64,000 nt of DNA from positions 76 through 64,075 of the forward strand of contig JBLNCC010000063.1 in assembly GCA_050260395.1 (NCBI GenBank). Direction: 5' to 3'. Positions 1 to 9,039 of this stretch are shown one piece after another. How positions within the stretch are numbered: the stretch's first letter is position 1; every line of letters starts with the position of its first letter. A program made the translations under genes and the position numbers. This DNA comes from Betaproteobacteria bacterium. Lineage in GTDB: Bacteria > Bacillota > SHA-98 > UBA4971. The notes beneath the pieces are model-generated. The model had not been told where the DNA came from. It did no database searches and saw only the letters and a list, made by a program, of their open reading frames with translations.

Positions 1-1
1 A

Positions 2-175
2 GCAGGGGCCGGCCCTTCCATTATGTCTTTTCGATTGACGTTTGCAGTCTTCCGTGTGCTCACAGTGCAGGAGTACGACCGAAAGGTGAGACCGAACGTG
101 GAGGGTAACCCTCCGAAGTTTCGGTCCGACGCCGAGCTGCACGAGTATTATCGTAGGCAGTTCCTTGGTGCGTGA
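2..175 (+). CDS. unassigned ORF fragment entering from the left window edge (or a 50-aa ORF from ATG 23)
   Basis: Frame 2 is open from nt 2 to TGA 173-175 (...IMSFRLTFAVFRVLTVQEYDRKVRPNVEGNPPKFRSDAELHEYYRRQFLGA*). Too short for the ORF track; no family recognised. Confidence 0.25.
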   Translation, partial: AGAGPSIMSFRLTFAVFRVLTVQEYDRKVRPNVEGNPPKFRSDAELHEYYRRQFLGA

Positions 176-443
176 GAGACGACCGCAAGCAGCCTTCGCA
201 GGAGTGAGACGGCTATGAGGTCGAGCGTGGGGCAAGGCAGTCCCAGGCACGTCTCGAGTTGCAGGTTCACGCATTGATGCAAGGAGAGAGGGTTGGCGGG
301 TCACAATGTAGAATCTAGCACGTAGGAATGGAGAATTGTGCGGGCGCAAGTCCGGTGACCAGCACTGTCCGATGAGAGAATCGCGGTTCCCTTTTCCCCG
401 GAGGCGCTGAGCTGGAATGCGGCCCGACCTGGAGTAATCGGAC

Positions 444-1337
444 ATGATACGCGCAACTGACGCAAACGAGATCATCCGCCCGAAACCCTTTGTGAAGTGG
501 GCAGGGGGCAAAGGGCAGTTGGTGGAACACCTAGCCGCTTACATGCCCGGGACGTATTCGGCCTACCACGAGCCCTTCGTCGGCGGAGGCGCGCTGTTCT
601 TTTACCTGTGTCCGCAGAAGGCTTACCTATCCGATCTCAATGAAGAACTGATAAACGCGTTCCTCGTCGTCAAGAGCGACTGCGACAACCTGCTACAGAG
701 TCTCAAGAGACATGAGAACACGGCTGAGTATTACTATCGAATCCGCGCGCTCGACCCAGAGAGCTTGGACCCGGTGGAGAGAGCGTCAAGGTTTATCTAT
801 CTCAACAAGACGTGCTACAATGGGCTGTACAGGGTTAATAAGCAGGGCAGGTTCAATGTTCCCTTTGGCCGTTACAAGAATCCCGTATATGCGGATGAAT
901 GCCAGCTGCGTTTGGCAAGCAAAGCGCTCCAAGACGCGGACGTGAGAGTCGCAGATTTTGAGATAGTTCTTGACCAGGCCAAGCCGGGAGACTTCGTGTA
1001 CTTCGACCCCCCTTATCAGCCAATTAGCGATACATCGAACTTCACCAGCTACACTGCCGACGCGTTCGACGAGAGGGAGCAAAGGCGCCTCGTAGCTGTG
1101 TTCCGGGAGCTCGACAGAAAGGGTTGCTACGTAATGCTTAGCAATTCCGATTCCCCTCTCATCCACGATCTTTACAGCGGATTTCGAATCGAAACACTGA
1201 TGGCGAAGCGTTACATCAACTGTAAGGGCGACAGACGGGGTGCCATCCCGGAAGCTTTGGTGTTGAATTACTCGACCCGGCCGGAGTCTTCCGCATCCGC
1301 GCCCTCGCCACCGCAGCCGCCGGACATGCGAACTTGA
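444..1337 (+). CDS. dam: Dam-family (D12 class) N6-adenine DNA methyltransferase
   Basis: FVKWAGGKGQL motif near the N-terminus and catalytic DPPY (FVYFDPPYQP). Family-typical end ...EALVLNY is followed by a 21-aa tail encoded by a repeat copy. GGAG lies 9 nt before the ATG. Confidence 0.9.
   Translation: MIRATDANEIIRPKPFVKWAGGKGQLVEHLAAYMPGTYSAYHEPFVGGGALFFYLCPQKAYLSDLNEELINAFLVVKSDCDNLLQSLKRHENTAEYYYRIRALDPESLDPVERASRFIYLNKTCYNGLYRVNKQGRFNVPFGRYKNPVYADECQLRLASKALQDADVRVADFEIVLDQAKPGDFVYFDPPYQPISDTSNFTSYTADAFDEREQRRLVAVFRELDRKGCYVMLSNSDSPLIHDLYSGFRIETLMAKRYINCKGDRRGAIPEALVLNYSTRPESSASAPSPPQPPDMRT
1272..1334 (+). repeat. CATGTGCG-type intergenic repeat, short copy A
   Basis: Gapless alignment to 14748-14810 gives 47/63 identical positions by my count. 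The 3' block CGCAGCCGCC.GACATGCGAAC is shared with the longer copies at 5282-5394 and 7813-7927. Confidence 0.7.
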
Positions 1338-1379
1338 TGGAACGGGATTCGGCTGGCGCTCCCGAAAGGCGAGAACCCA

Positions 1380-1436
1380 GTCCCAACTTCGGCACCTAGA
1401 TGATCACGGGAGGTCGAAGTTGGGACAGTCGATTTT
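1380..1436 (+). terminator. stable hairpin / possible atypical terminator downstream of dam
   Basis: Perfect 12-bp stem GTCCCAACTTCG (1380-1391) / CGAAGTTGGGAC (1415-1426) with a 23-nt loop. TTTT at 1433-1436 starts 7 nt after the stem, so the geometry is atypical. Confidence 0.3.
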
Positions 1437-1762
1437 GCCTTCGCCAAAGTACGCGCAAGGAACCGAAGCGAAGGGGCCGGAGCGCCCGCCGCCCTCACCC
1501 ACCGCACTTCAGCCCCTTTGTACGCCCAAGCCTTGTCGAACTCGGGTTCCCCCAAGTCCGCCAAGGATTCTTCACCGGAGTCGCATTGCCGTCCTCGTAA
1601 TGTCGCATTGCGGTTCTCGTCATCAGGTAGGTCCTCAGACTCCGATCTGACAGCCGGCAACGCCCATCCATCGTGACCATATGCCCTCGCAGCCCCGAAC
1701 ACTCCACCCCCGACGTAGACTGCGCCACGTGACGGTTCGTGCGCCCGCGCTGGCCAGGCTCC

Positions 1763-2104
1763 TCATTCATTCGGAGGGCTGTATACCACGAAATACTCGG
1801 TCGGCCCGTGGTTCACATTGATCACTTCGTGAGCCTCACCCGGATAGATCAAGATGCCCGTCCCCGCGGGGACTCTGTGCGTTTCCTTTTCATTGCGCAC
1901 TTCGAGTTCTCCCGAGACCACCAACAGAAAGTGCTCCGAGACGGCATGGCTGTGTGAGACACCGAACCCGCCCTCTTCCATCTTGGCGAAGTGAAGAGTG
2001 AAGTTCTTGGCTCCCACACTCTTGTCGATGATATTCCGGTGATAGAGTCCTTTGCGGTTTTCGATCTTGACCAGTGGCAACTTCTCCAAGGTGACAGTCT
2101 TCAT
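1763..2104 (-). CDS. cupin domain protein
   Basis: 113 aa with a two-motif cupin pattern (GVSHSHAVSEHFLLVVSGEL ... PAGTGILIYPGEAHEVIN). GGAAGGGGG RBS. Last gene of the minus-strand array. Confidence 0.85.
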   Translation of the reverse strand: MKTVTLEKLPLVKIENRKGLYHRNIIDKSVGAKNFTLHFAKMEEGGFGVSHSHAVSEHFLLVVSGELEVRNEKETHRVPAGTGILIYPGEAHEVINVNHGPTEYFVVYSPPNE

Positions 2105-2219
2105 CTCAGTACCCCCTTCCTTCGGTCCTGACGTGTTCCAGCCGGTTCACTCCAACCCGCCTGTTCGAACCGGCCTACCTCAACTTGGTTGCTTCAGCCA
2201 GGTCGCTTTAGCCGGTCGA

Positions 2220-4094
2220 CTACGCGGCAACCGCCCTGCCGACTTGCTTTGAACTCGTGAAGGTGTACAAGGTCATCACCAAGATGACAACCGCGCCGAC
2301 GAGATCCGTCAACCAACCCGTGTGCAGCATGAGAGGAATAGCCGCGAAACAGACTGCCCGCTCCCAAATGCGCAGATTACGGAAGAGCCAGCCCTGGAAG
2401 CCCGCGGCAAAGGCGACTGTAGCGATGAGGAGGGTGACCACTATCTCAAGACTACTGACGAACGGGTGTCCATAGACAAAGACCTGCGGACGGTAGATGA
2501 ACAAGAACGGCAGGATGTACATGTAGATCCCGAGCGGGACCGCGTGGAGACCGGTTTTCATCGGATTGCCCCCAGAGATGCTGGCAGCAGCAAAGGCGGC
2601 CACGCATACAGGAGGCGTGATATTGGAGATGACCGAGAACCACATGCAGACCATATGCGCATACACTGGATTGACTCCGAGCTGGATCAACGAAGGAGCC
2701 GCCAAAATGGACATGATAATATAGGACGCGGTCGTCGGCAAGCCCATACCTATGATTGTCGCGATCAGGGCTGTCAAGACCACAGTCAGGAACAGATTGC
2801 CCTGTCCGACAGAGAGAATCAAGCTCGAAAGCTTAACGCCCAGGCCTGACATGGTCAGACTCGCCATCACGATCCCCAAGGTCCCCGCGGTCGCGCCCAC
2901 GCTCAGCGAACTCCTGCCGGCATCCTCCAGCGCGGCCAGGAACTTCTTGAAGGTGAACCTAGTGTCTTTTCGGAACATGCTGCACACCACGACGAACACC
3001 GAACCCCAGAAGGCTGTCGCGGCGGCCGAATAACCCAGGGCGATGACGATCACCACGGTCACGATGGTGAATGCGTAGTACCACCCCTTCTTCATTACCT
3101 CGGAGAAAACCGGCAGCTCCGACCGGCTCAGACCACTAAGCCCTCTTCTTTTCGCCCTGAAATAGACCATTAAGGCTAAGGAGTAGTAATAGATCAAAGC
3201 CGGCGTAAAACTAATCAAGACAATGGTAGAATACGGCTGTTCCGTGAAAGTTGCCAGGATGAAAGCGGCCGCGCCCATGATCGGAGGCAGTAGCTGACCG
3301 CCCGAGGAAGCGGCAGCCTCGACCGCGCCGGCAAACTCAGGAGTATAACCCACTTTCTTCATCATCGGAATGGTGAAGGTCCCGGTCGCGACGACATTCG
3401 CCACTCCGCTCCCGGAAATACTACCGAAAACCGCACTGCCGCCCACCGCAATCAAGGCGGGTCCTCCGGCCACATGGCCCGTCAGCGAACTGGCCAGTTC
3501 GATGAAGAAGTCACCCGCGCCTGAAGCTTTCAAGAACGCTCCGAAAATGAGGAAGGGAACGATATAAGTGGCAAACGTGGAGACAATTGTCCCGAAAATG
3601 CCACTGGTGTAATAGAAGTATTCAACCATGGAAGACAAGCGGATGCCGCCGTGCCTTAAGATCCCGGGTAAATAGGGACCGAAATAGGTCAGCCCGAGCA
3701 TGATCAGGCCAATGATAGGTAGGACGTTTCCCATCACGCGACGGGTTACTTCCAGGGAGATCACGATCGCAATGAGGCCGAAGATGAGATCCCATTGGTT
3801 GGTCCAACCCGCTCGCAGGGCCGCGTATTCCTTGTACTCGACCATCCAATAAATGACGGACGAACATGCCAGCACCACTAGAATGACGTCCAACGCATAC
3901 AGAAACTTACTTTGAGGCCTTCTCTTGGAAGCGGGATATAGGAGAATGCTGAGCAGAAACGTGACCAAGAGGTAAACACCAAGGTGAGTCTCGCTCGAAA
4001 TGATCCCAAAGCCGGCAGTATAGAGATAAAACGCGGAAAAAGCGACCGCGATAATCTTGACCAGCAGCTTGAGATTGTTGCCGAGTTGACGCAT
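2220..4094 (-). CDS. TRAP transporter fused permease (TAXI-associated 4TM/12TM type)
   Basis: 624-aa polytopic membrane protein immediately downstream of a TAXI receptor gene. GAGGAGG lies 7 nt before ATG 4094. Confidence 0.9.
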   Translation of the reverse strand: MRQLGNNLKLLVKIIAVAFSAFYLYTAGFGIISSETHLGVYLLVTFLLSILLYPASKRRPQSKFLYALDVILVVLACSSVIYWMVEYKEYAALRAGWTNQWDLIFGLIAIVISLEVTRRVMGNVLPIIGLIMLGLTYFGPYLPGILRHGGIRLSSMVEYFYYTSGIFGTIVSTFATYIVPFLIFGAFLKASGAGDFFIELASSLTGHVAGGPALIAVGGSAVFGSISGSGVANVVATGTFTIPMMKKVGYTPEFAGAVEAAASSGGQLLPPIMGAAAFILATFTEQPYSTIVLISFTPALIYYYSLALMVYFRAKRRGLSGLSRSELPVFSEVMKKGWYYAFTIVTVVIVIALGYSAAATAFWGSVFVVVCSMFRKDTRFTFKKFLAALEDAGRSSLSVGATAGTLGIVMASLTMSGLGVKLSSLILSVGQGNLFLTVVLTALIATIIGMGLPTTASYIIMSILAAPSLIQLGVNPVYAHMVCMWFSVISNITPPVCVAAFAAASISGGNPMKTGLHAVPLGIYMYILPFLFIYRPQVFVYGHPFVSSLEIVVTLLIATVAFAAGFQGWLFRNLRIWERAVCFAAIPLMLHTGWLTDLVGAVVILVMTLYTFTSSKQVGRAVAA

Positions 4095-4232
4095 TTCCGT
4101 GCCTCCTCTGCTTGCCTGTTCCTGACGATGAGCCCTGCCTCAAATAAGCGTCAGCGTCATAGAGCTGCTTCCCTCAGCCATCCAGAATTGAAAAGGGGAA
4201 CAGGGTGAGACTCCCTGTTCCCCTGAGGACGG

Positions 4233-5186
4233 CTACCGCTGTTGTTCCTTCCAGAAACGTTCCGCGCCAGGATGATAAGGTATACCAAGCAGCTTGACAG
4301 CCTCCGGGTCGTTACCCATCGGTTTCCACTGGGGATGCACGTCGGCCAGGTACTTCTTGCCTTCCGGGCTGAAGATGATCTTCATCATCTGGTACACGAC
4401 ATCTTCGGGCACGGACTTGCTGGCAACCTGATATACGCTGAACATGAAACAGGGCACGTCTTTGGTCTGTCCCTTGTATGTATTCGCCTTCATATACCCT
4501 TTGGAGAAGAAAGGCGCTTGCGCGATGATCTTGTCCAACTGCTCGTCAGTGAAGGGAATGATGTAGATGTCTCTGGTGGCAGCCAGTTCAACTACGCCCG
4601 CGGCCGGAGACCCGCTCATTCCTATCGCGTCGACCTTTCCATCCTGCAAGGCCCGCGCGGCTTCGTCGAAGGCCAGTTCTGACTCGATGGCTTTAATGCC
4701 GAGCGTCCGCAGGGTGAGTCTGGAGTTGTCACTGGTACCGGAGCCGGGCGAGCCCAGAACGACCCGCTTGCCCTCGAGATCTTCCAGGGTCTTGATCCCC
4801 TTGTTGGCCAAGGTCACGAAATAGTGGTCGCTACGGTAGATTTCGAACATGATTCGAGGACTGTCGCTCGGGCGCCCTTCCATGATGCCCTTGCCATTCC
4901 AGCATTCCCATAGGTGAGAGGAGTACGACATTGTGAGATCAGCCTCACCCGTAGCCAACCTCCGGGTATTCTGAACCGAGCCGCCGCTGGCGACCATGTC
5001 AACCCTGATTTCGGGCGGCAGCTTCTCATTGAGCAGCTTTATCAATCCCCCGATCATCGTGTACCAGGTCCCACCAGGATTGCTGGCACTGTAGGCGTAT
5101 CTTTCCACCGCACCAACCATTCCCGTAGAAAGACAAATCGCTAATGTAACGATCGCTATTGCCATAAACAAGTGACGAATTCTCAT
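4233..5186 (-). CDS. TAXI-family TRAP solute-binding protein
   Basis: Signal-peptide-like MRIRHLFMAIAIVTLAICLS followed by a TAXI-like body (GGTWYTMIGGL..., GSPGSGTS...). I start at ATG 5186 (GGAGG at 5196-5200), not the track start 5459. Confidence 0.88.
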   Translation of the reverse strand: MRIRHLFMAIAIVTLAICLSTGMVGAVERYAYSASNPGGTWYTMIGGLIKLLNEKLPPEIRVDMVASGGSVQNTRRLATGEADLTMSYSSHLWECWNGKGIMEGRPSDSPRIMFEIYRSDHYFVTLANKGIKTLEDLEGKRVVLGSPGSGTSDNSRLTLRTLGIKAIESELAFDEAARALQDGKVDAIGMSGSPAAGVVELAATRDIYIIPFTDEQLDKIIAQAPFFSKGYMKANTYKGQTKDVPCFMFSVYQVASKSVPEDVVYQMMKIIFSPEGKKYLADVHPQWKPMGNDPEAVKLLGIPYHPGAERFWKEQQR

Positions 5187-5281
5187 TTCCTGCTTACCTC
5201 CATGTTTCGAATTCGGGCACAAAAAGACCGGGCGCGTCTTTGACCTTATCACCCCCCGTATGTTATTGAGCGAGGACACAA

Positions 5282-5394
5282 GCCAGGTCGCACATCGAGT
5301 TTGGCTGGTGATGAGCCGCCTGCTTCCGCGGCCGCAACAGCCGTAATTCGCAAAGGACCGTTCCCCGGCAGCCAAACGCACATGAAGCGAACGG
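5282..5394 (+). repeat. CATGTGCG-type intergenic repeat, long copy C
   Basis: Shares ordered blocks with 7813-7927: GCCAGGTCGCACATCGAG / GCCGGGTCGCACATTCAAG, CCGC(C)TGCTT, CGC(G/A)GCCGCAAC, CGCACATG. Spurious minus-frame peptides match (KLDVRPGL vs SLNVRPGP). Confidence 0.65.
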
Positions 5395-5667
5395 CTGCAG
5401 GACCCAGACAGGCTCTCCCGGACCACCAGCTGCCGGTGCGCCGGTCCGCAGGCCAACACCTAGAAGCGTCACCGCAGACAGCTTGGTTCACCGCGCCGAT
5501 GACCTGACGTAGCCTTGCCCACCTCGGGACATGCCTCTCAAAACATACTTAGGTCGCCCGGTGTTACTCCTAACAGTCCAAGTTGTACAATGAACTAGAG
5601 GCCTCAATCATGCACGGAATGAATGACCACTAACGAAAAACTGCCTTCCCGACCTCACCCCGCATCT

Positions 5668-6747
5668 TCATCGTTGTTCCTGCGGATGAACAATAACCTT
5701 GATGGCGTTGTCGATCCGCTTCGTATACGTCTCAAAAGCCCGATTAATGTCTTTGAGCGCAAACTCATGGGTAATCAGTGGCTTCAGATCTATCTTTTTC
5801 TGAGCGGCCATGGAGAGGGCCCGTCTCACGTTACGGCGCCCCTCGCCCCGCACGGTATACAAATTGATATTACGTACGACGGCCTTGGAGATGTTCACGG
5901 TGACCGGGCCCTTGTAGAAAGCCACCATGACGATGGCGCCTCCAGGCCTGGCCAGGTCAAGTGCGGACTCAAGCGAGGAGGAGACCCCGGCCGCGTCGAA
6001 AACGACGTCGGCTCCCACCCCATTGGTAAGCCCCTTGACCACTTCGACCGGGTCTTCCCCATCATTGATGTTCACGGTATAATCAGCACCCATTTGCTTA
6101 CCCAGTTCAAGCCGGCCTTTACGGGTGCCGGTAAGAATCACCTTTTCCGCACCAAGGGCTTTGGCCGCCTGAACGAGAGCTAGACCGATCGGCCCAGGGC
6201 CGATAACGGCTACCGTATCGCCAGCAATGTAGCCGCCCATGGCGTCGATGGCGTAGAAGGCCGACCCGGCCGTCGTAATCAAGGCCGCCTCTTCGAAAGA
6301 TATCTCATCTGGGATTTTGTAGAGGGTATTCACGTGGTTTACTGCGTACTCGGCAAACCCGCCGTTCGCGGTCATCCCGTTGGCGGCGTGTCCTTTCTTC
6401 CGGTTGCCGAAATTCAGACAGGCGGTGTACTTTCCCATGATGCAGTTGTGACAGCGGCCGCACCCCTTATGGACCTCCACCGCAACCCTGTCTCCAACCT
6501 TGAATTCATCTACGGTCGAGCCGACCTGCGCCACCACACCGGCATATTCATGGCCCATGATGAAAGGAAGGGGTGGCTCTCCGGGCATACCGTGATCCCT
6601 TATCTCGACGTCAGTGCCGCATATCCCGCAGGCCTCCACCCGAAGAAGTACCTCGTCAGGGCCCGGAACCGGGACGTCAGTCTCCAGGACTTCAATCCGT
6701 CCGCGCGCTACCAAGTGAGCCGCCAGCATCTTCTTGGGGATATCCAT
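5668..6747 (-). CDS. zinc-dependent alcohol/polyol dehydrogenase (MDR family)
   Basis: CGICGTDVE and GHEYAGVV zinc motifs, GPGPIGL Rossmann motif, 359 aa, GAGGGAAGG RBS. Confidence 0.92.
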   Translation of the reverse strand: MDIPKKMLAAHLVARGRIEVLETDVPVPGPDEVLLRVEACGICGTDVEIRDHGMPGEPPLPFIMGHEYAGVVAQVGSTVDEFKVGDRVAVEVHKGCGRCHNCIMGKYTACLNFGNRKKGHAANGMTANGGFAEYAVNHVNTLYKIPDEISFEEAALITTAGSAFYAIDAMGGYIAGDTVAVIGPGPIGLALVQAAKALGAEKVILTGTRKGRLELGKQMGADYTVNINDGEDPVEVVKGLTNGVGADVVFDAAGVSSSLESALDLARPGGAIVMVAFYKGPVTVNISKAVVRNINLYTVRGEGRRNVRRALSMAAQKKIDLKPLITHEFALKDINRAFETYTKRIDNAIKVIVHPQEQR

Positions 6748-6765
6748 CTGCCTTCCCTCTTTTGC

Positions 6766-7776
6766 TTATCTTTTCTTGAGATGCCGCCACTTTTCCAGCC
6801 GCAAGACCTCGGGATTGGCGACCTTATCCGGTTCATAACCATTGAAGAGGTCAATCACTCGTCTGACGGCCTCAGTGGCCATCCTGACCACACACTCTTC
6901 GGTGAGGGCGGCGGTATGAGGGGTGAGAATCACGTTGTCCATTTCCAACAATGGGTTACCGGCTTCGATAGGTTCGTTTTCGAAAACATCCAGTGCAGCC
7001 CCTCTGATGACCCCTTCCCTCAACGCCCTGACGAGGTCTTGCTCATTCACGACCCCGCCGCGAGACACGTTTACGATGTAGGCTTGCGGCTTCATCAAGC
7101 GGAGTTGTTCCCACGCGATCATGTTCCTGGTATGTTCGTTCAAAGGGACGTGAACGGAAACCACGTCGGAACTCCGGAGTAGCTCTTCCAAGCTCACGAA
7201 GTCAACCGTACCGCTGAAACCGCTCTTGACCGCTTCGGGCAAGAAGGGATCATATGCGAAGAGTTTGGTCTGAGACAGAGGATGGAAATACTCCGCAAGA
7301 ATTTGCCCGATCCTCCCGAACCCTACAATCCCCAGCTTCTTTCCTCGTACATCTCGGGGGTAGTTCTTAAACCGTATCTTGAAGTTGCCCTTCCTAACCT
7401 CTCGGTCCATCAAGAACAGATGCTTGAGTAGGGCCAGGATCAAGGAGAGAGTGTGTTCGGCTACGGTACTGGCATTCACACCAAGGCTGGAAGTGACAAT
7501 GATGCCCCTTTCGGTGGCGGCCTTCAGGTCGACATTGTCCACTCCCCCGCCAGTTCTCGATATGGTCCATAGATCGTCGCTCGACGCCAGCAACTCTCTG
7601 TTGAGGAAGATCCCTGTCCGAAGGACTATCGCCCTAGCATCCTTCATGAGCGGGGCTACGGTAGCGGGGCTTGGGTCTGGCGCCACGACTACCTCCAGCC
7701 CTTCATCTTCCAACATCTGCCGCGCCTCTTCCTCGATCGGCTGGGGAAGAAGCACGTAGCCCTTCTTTCGATCCAT
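6766..7776 (-). CDS. D-isomer-specific 2-hydroxyacid dehydrogenase family protein
   Basis: NAD motif GIVGFGRIGQ, ...NVSRGGVV..., TPHTAALT catalytic-region motif, 336 aa. Confidence 0.9.
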   Translation of the reverse strand: MDRKKGYVLLPQPIEEEARQMLEDEGLEVVVAPDPSPATVAPLMKDARAIVLRTGIFLNRELLASSDDLWTISRTGGGVDNVDLKAATERGIIVTSSLGVNASTVAEHTLSLILALLKHLFLMDREVRKGNFKIRFKNYPRDVRGKKLGIVGFGRIGQILAEYFHPLSQTKLFAYDPFLPEAVKSGFSGTVDFVSLEELLRSSDVVSVHVPLNEHTRNMIAWEQLRLMKPQAYIVNVSRGGVVNEQDLVRALREGVIRGAALDVFENEPIEAGNPLLEMDNVILTPHTAALTEECVVRMATEAVRRVIDLFNGYEPDKVANPEVLRLEKWRHLKKR

Positions 7777-7812
7777 CTTCCATCCCTCTTACGAATTACT
7801 GATTGGCAATAT

Positions 7813-7927
7813 GGGCCGGGTCGCACATTCAAGCTGGCCGCGTGCAAGCCGACCGACGACCGCTGCTTGCTGTCGCAGCCGCAACCTGCAGACGACCACA
7901 CCTCAATAGCCTGCTCCGCACATGCCA
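7813..7927 (+). repeat. CATGTGCG-type intergenic repeat, long copy D
   Basis: Block-wise similarity to 5282-5394 (see that entry). Lies in the 452-nt spacer directly upstream, in the minus sense, of the 2-hydroxyacid dehydrogenase start. Confidence 0.65.
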
Positions 7928-8032
7928 GCCCCCGCGCGTGTCGCCACGGACGTGCTGAGTCCCGTCACGGACGCTTCGATGTAAGCTCGGCTACTCTTTT
8001 GGGACACCTCCGGCAAGATGGATCATCACCAA

Positions 8033-8056
8033 CACCTACTGTTACACCTACTGTTA
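8033..8056. repeat. exact 12-bp tandem duplication (CACCTACTGTTA x2)
   Basis: Read directly from the sequence; intergenic. Confidence 0.95.
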
Positions 8057-8228
8057 CCGTTGCCACTCCCAGTTGCGCAATGACTTTCACACTTTTTGCT
8101 GAGCTGCCGGAGGTGCCCCAAACCCTTGCCACCAGGAAGATGTACGAACCACTCCCAAACAAGGTGCGCGCCATCCGGGTCCGGGCTGACACTGCCACCG
8201 AATCAGGCGAACGCCGAACCTGACGCTC

Positions 8229-9002
8229 TCACCTCAGATAACGCCCGCCGCATACGTCCAGAGTAATGCCCGTAATGTAGCTGGCTTCGTCAGACGCCAA
8301 GAACACTACCGCATTACCGATTTCTTCAGGAGTACTCAGCCGCCTCAGCGGGATCTGTGAGACGATTCTGTCCCTCTCCTCTTCAGGTTTGTCGTCCCAA
8401 AGTGACTTGACCCTCTCACCCGTAATTGTCACCGTGGGAGCGACCGCGTTTACCCTGATGCCCTTTGGGCCCCAGTCGTATGCCAGCTGGCGGGTTAGCC
8501 CTTCCACGCCTGCCTTGGCCGCCGTATACTGAACACCGGCCAACGATGCCCGCCAATGACCAGCCAAGGCCGCCATGTTGACAATGGCGCCTTTGCCCGC
8601 TTTGGCCATGATGGGGATGGCGCACTGGCAGGTGAAGAAGGTCCCTTTTAGGTTGACATTCAAAACAAGGTCCCAGTGTTTCTCCTCGATCTCCTCGAGT
8701 CTGTACGGGGTGTGCAGGGCGCCACCAGCGTTGTTGACTAGGATATCGATCGTACCCCACTTGCGGCAGAGCTCTTCAATCATCGCCTGGACTTCCGGCT
8801 TCTTGGTTACATCAGCCTTTTTCCCCATGACACGACCAGGGAAGTCCCTACTCAGCTCCTCAACAGCGCGGTCAATCCCCTCTTGGTTGATGTCGTTGAT
8901 CATGACCTTGGCGCCCTCTTTTAGTAGACACCGGGCAATAGCGAACCCCATCCCCTGGGCCGAGCCCGTTACCAGCGCCGCTCGATCTTGTAATCTTCCC
9001 AT
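8229..9002 (-). CDS. short-chain dehydrogenase/reductase (SDR)
   Basis: TGSAQGMGFAIA (TGxxxGxG) and YTAAKAG (YxxxK). Start moved to ATG 9002 (GAGGAG 8 nt upstream) instead of the track start 9140. Confidence 0.9.
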   Translation of the reverse strand: MGRLQDRAALVTGSAQGMGFAIARCLLKEGAKVMINDINQEGIDRAVEELSRDFPGRVMGKKADVTKKPEVQAMIEELCRKWGTIDILVNNAGGALHTPYRLEEIEEKHWDLVLNVNLKGTFFTCQCAIPIMAKAGKGAIVNMAALAGHWRASLAGVQYTAAKAGVEGLTRQLAYDWGPKGIRVNAVAPTVTITGERVKSLWDDKPEEERDRIVSQIPLRRLSTPEEIGNAVVFLASDEASYITGITLDVCGGRYLR

Positions 9003-9039
9003 GCCGCATGCTCCTCGAACTTCATGTGATGTGTGTGGC

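Noticed and set aside
338-380. Cobalamin-riboswitch-like string (GCAAGTCCGGTGACCAGCACTGTCC) upstream of dam
   Set aside because: There is only a loose resemblance to the GGUG..AAUCC..CCCGC.ACUGU core. No B12 box was found, and a methyltransferase gene is not a plausible B12-regulated target.
176-1440. Group II intron or retron-like element carrying the dam gene
   Set aside because: GTGCG-like strings and GC-rich helices flank the gene. However, there is no reverse transcriptase ORF, and I found no domain V-like 34-nt hairpin with an AGC triad and GNRA loop. The 3' similarity is explained by the CATGTGCG-type repeat family, which also occurs next to unrelated genes.
1268-1702. 144-aa minus-strand ORF downstream of dam as a possible toxin-antitoxin or small regulatory gene
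   Set aside because: One segment (…SLADLGEPEFDKAWAYKG…) looks vaguely protein-like. However, there is no RBS and no recognisable family, and the C-terminal third is just the reverse translation of repeat copy A and the dam 3' end.
4233-5459. Long N-terminal extensions in track ORFs (4233-5459, 8229-9140, 10845-12206, 12588-13487, 16135-18306, 17997-20507, 20735-21778, 22933-23985, 24014-24655, 42481-43332, 52553-53524)
   Set aside because: The extensions are Arg/Pro/Cys-rich, lie upstream of the family-typical N-terminus or signal peptide, and lack an RBS. An internal ATG or GTG with a GGAGG-type RBS exists in each case.
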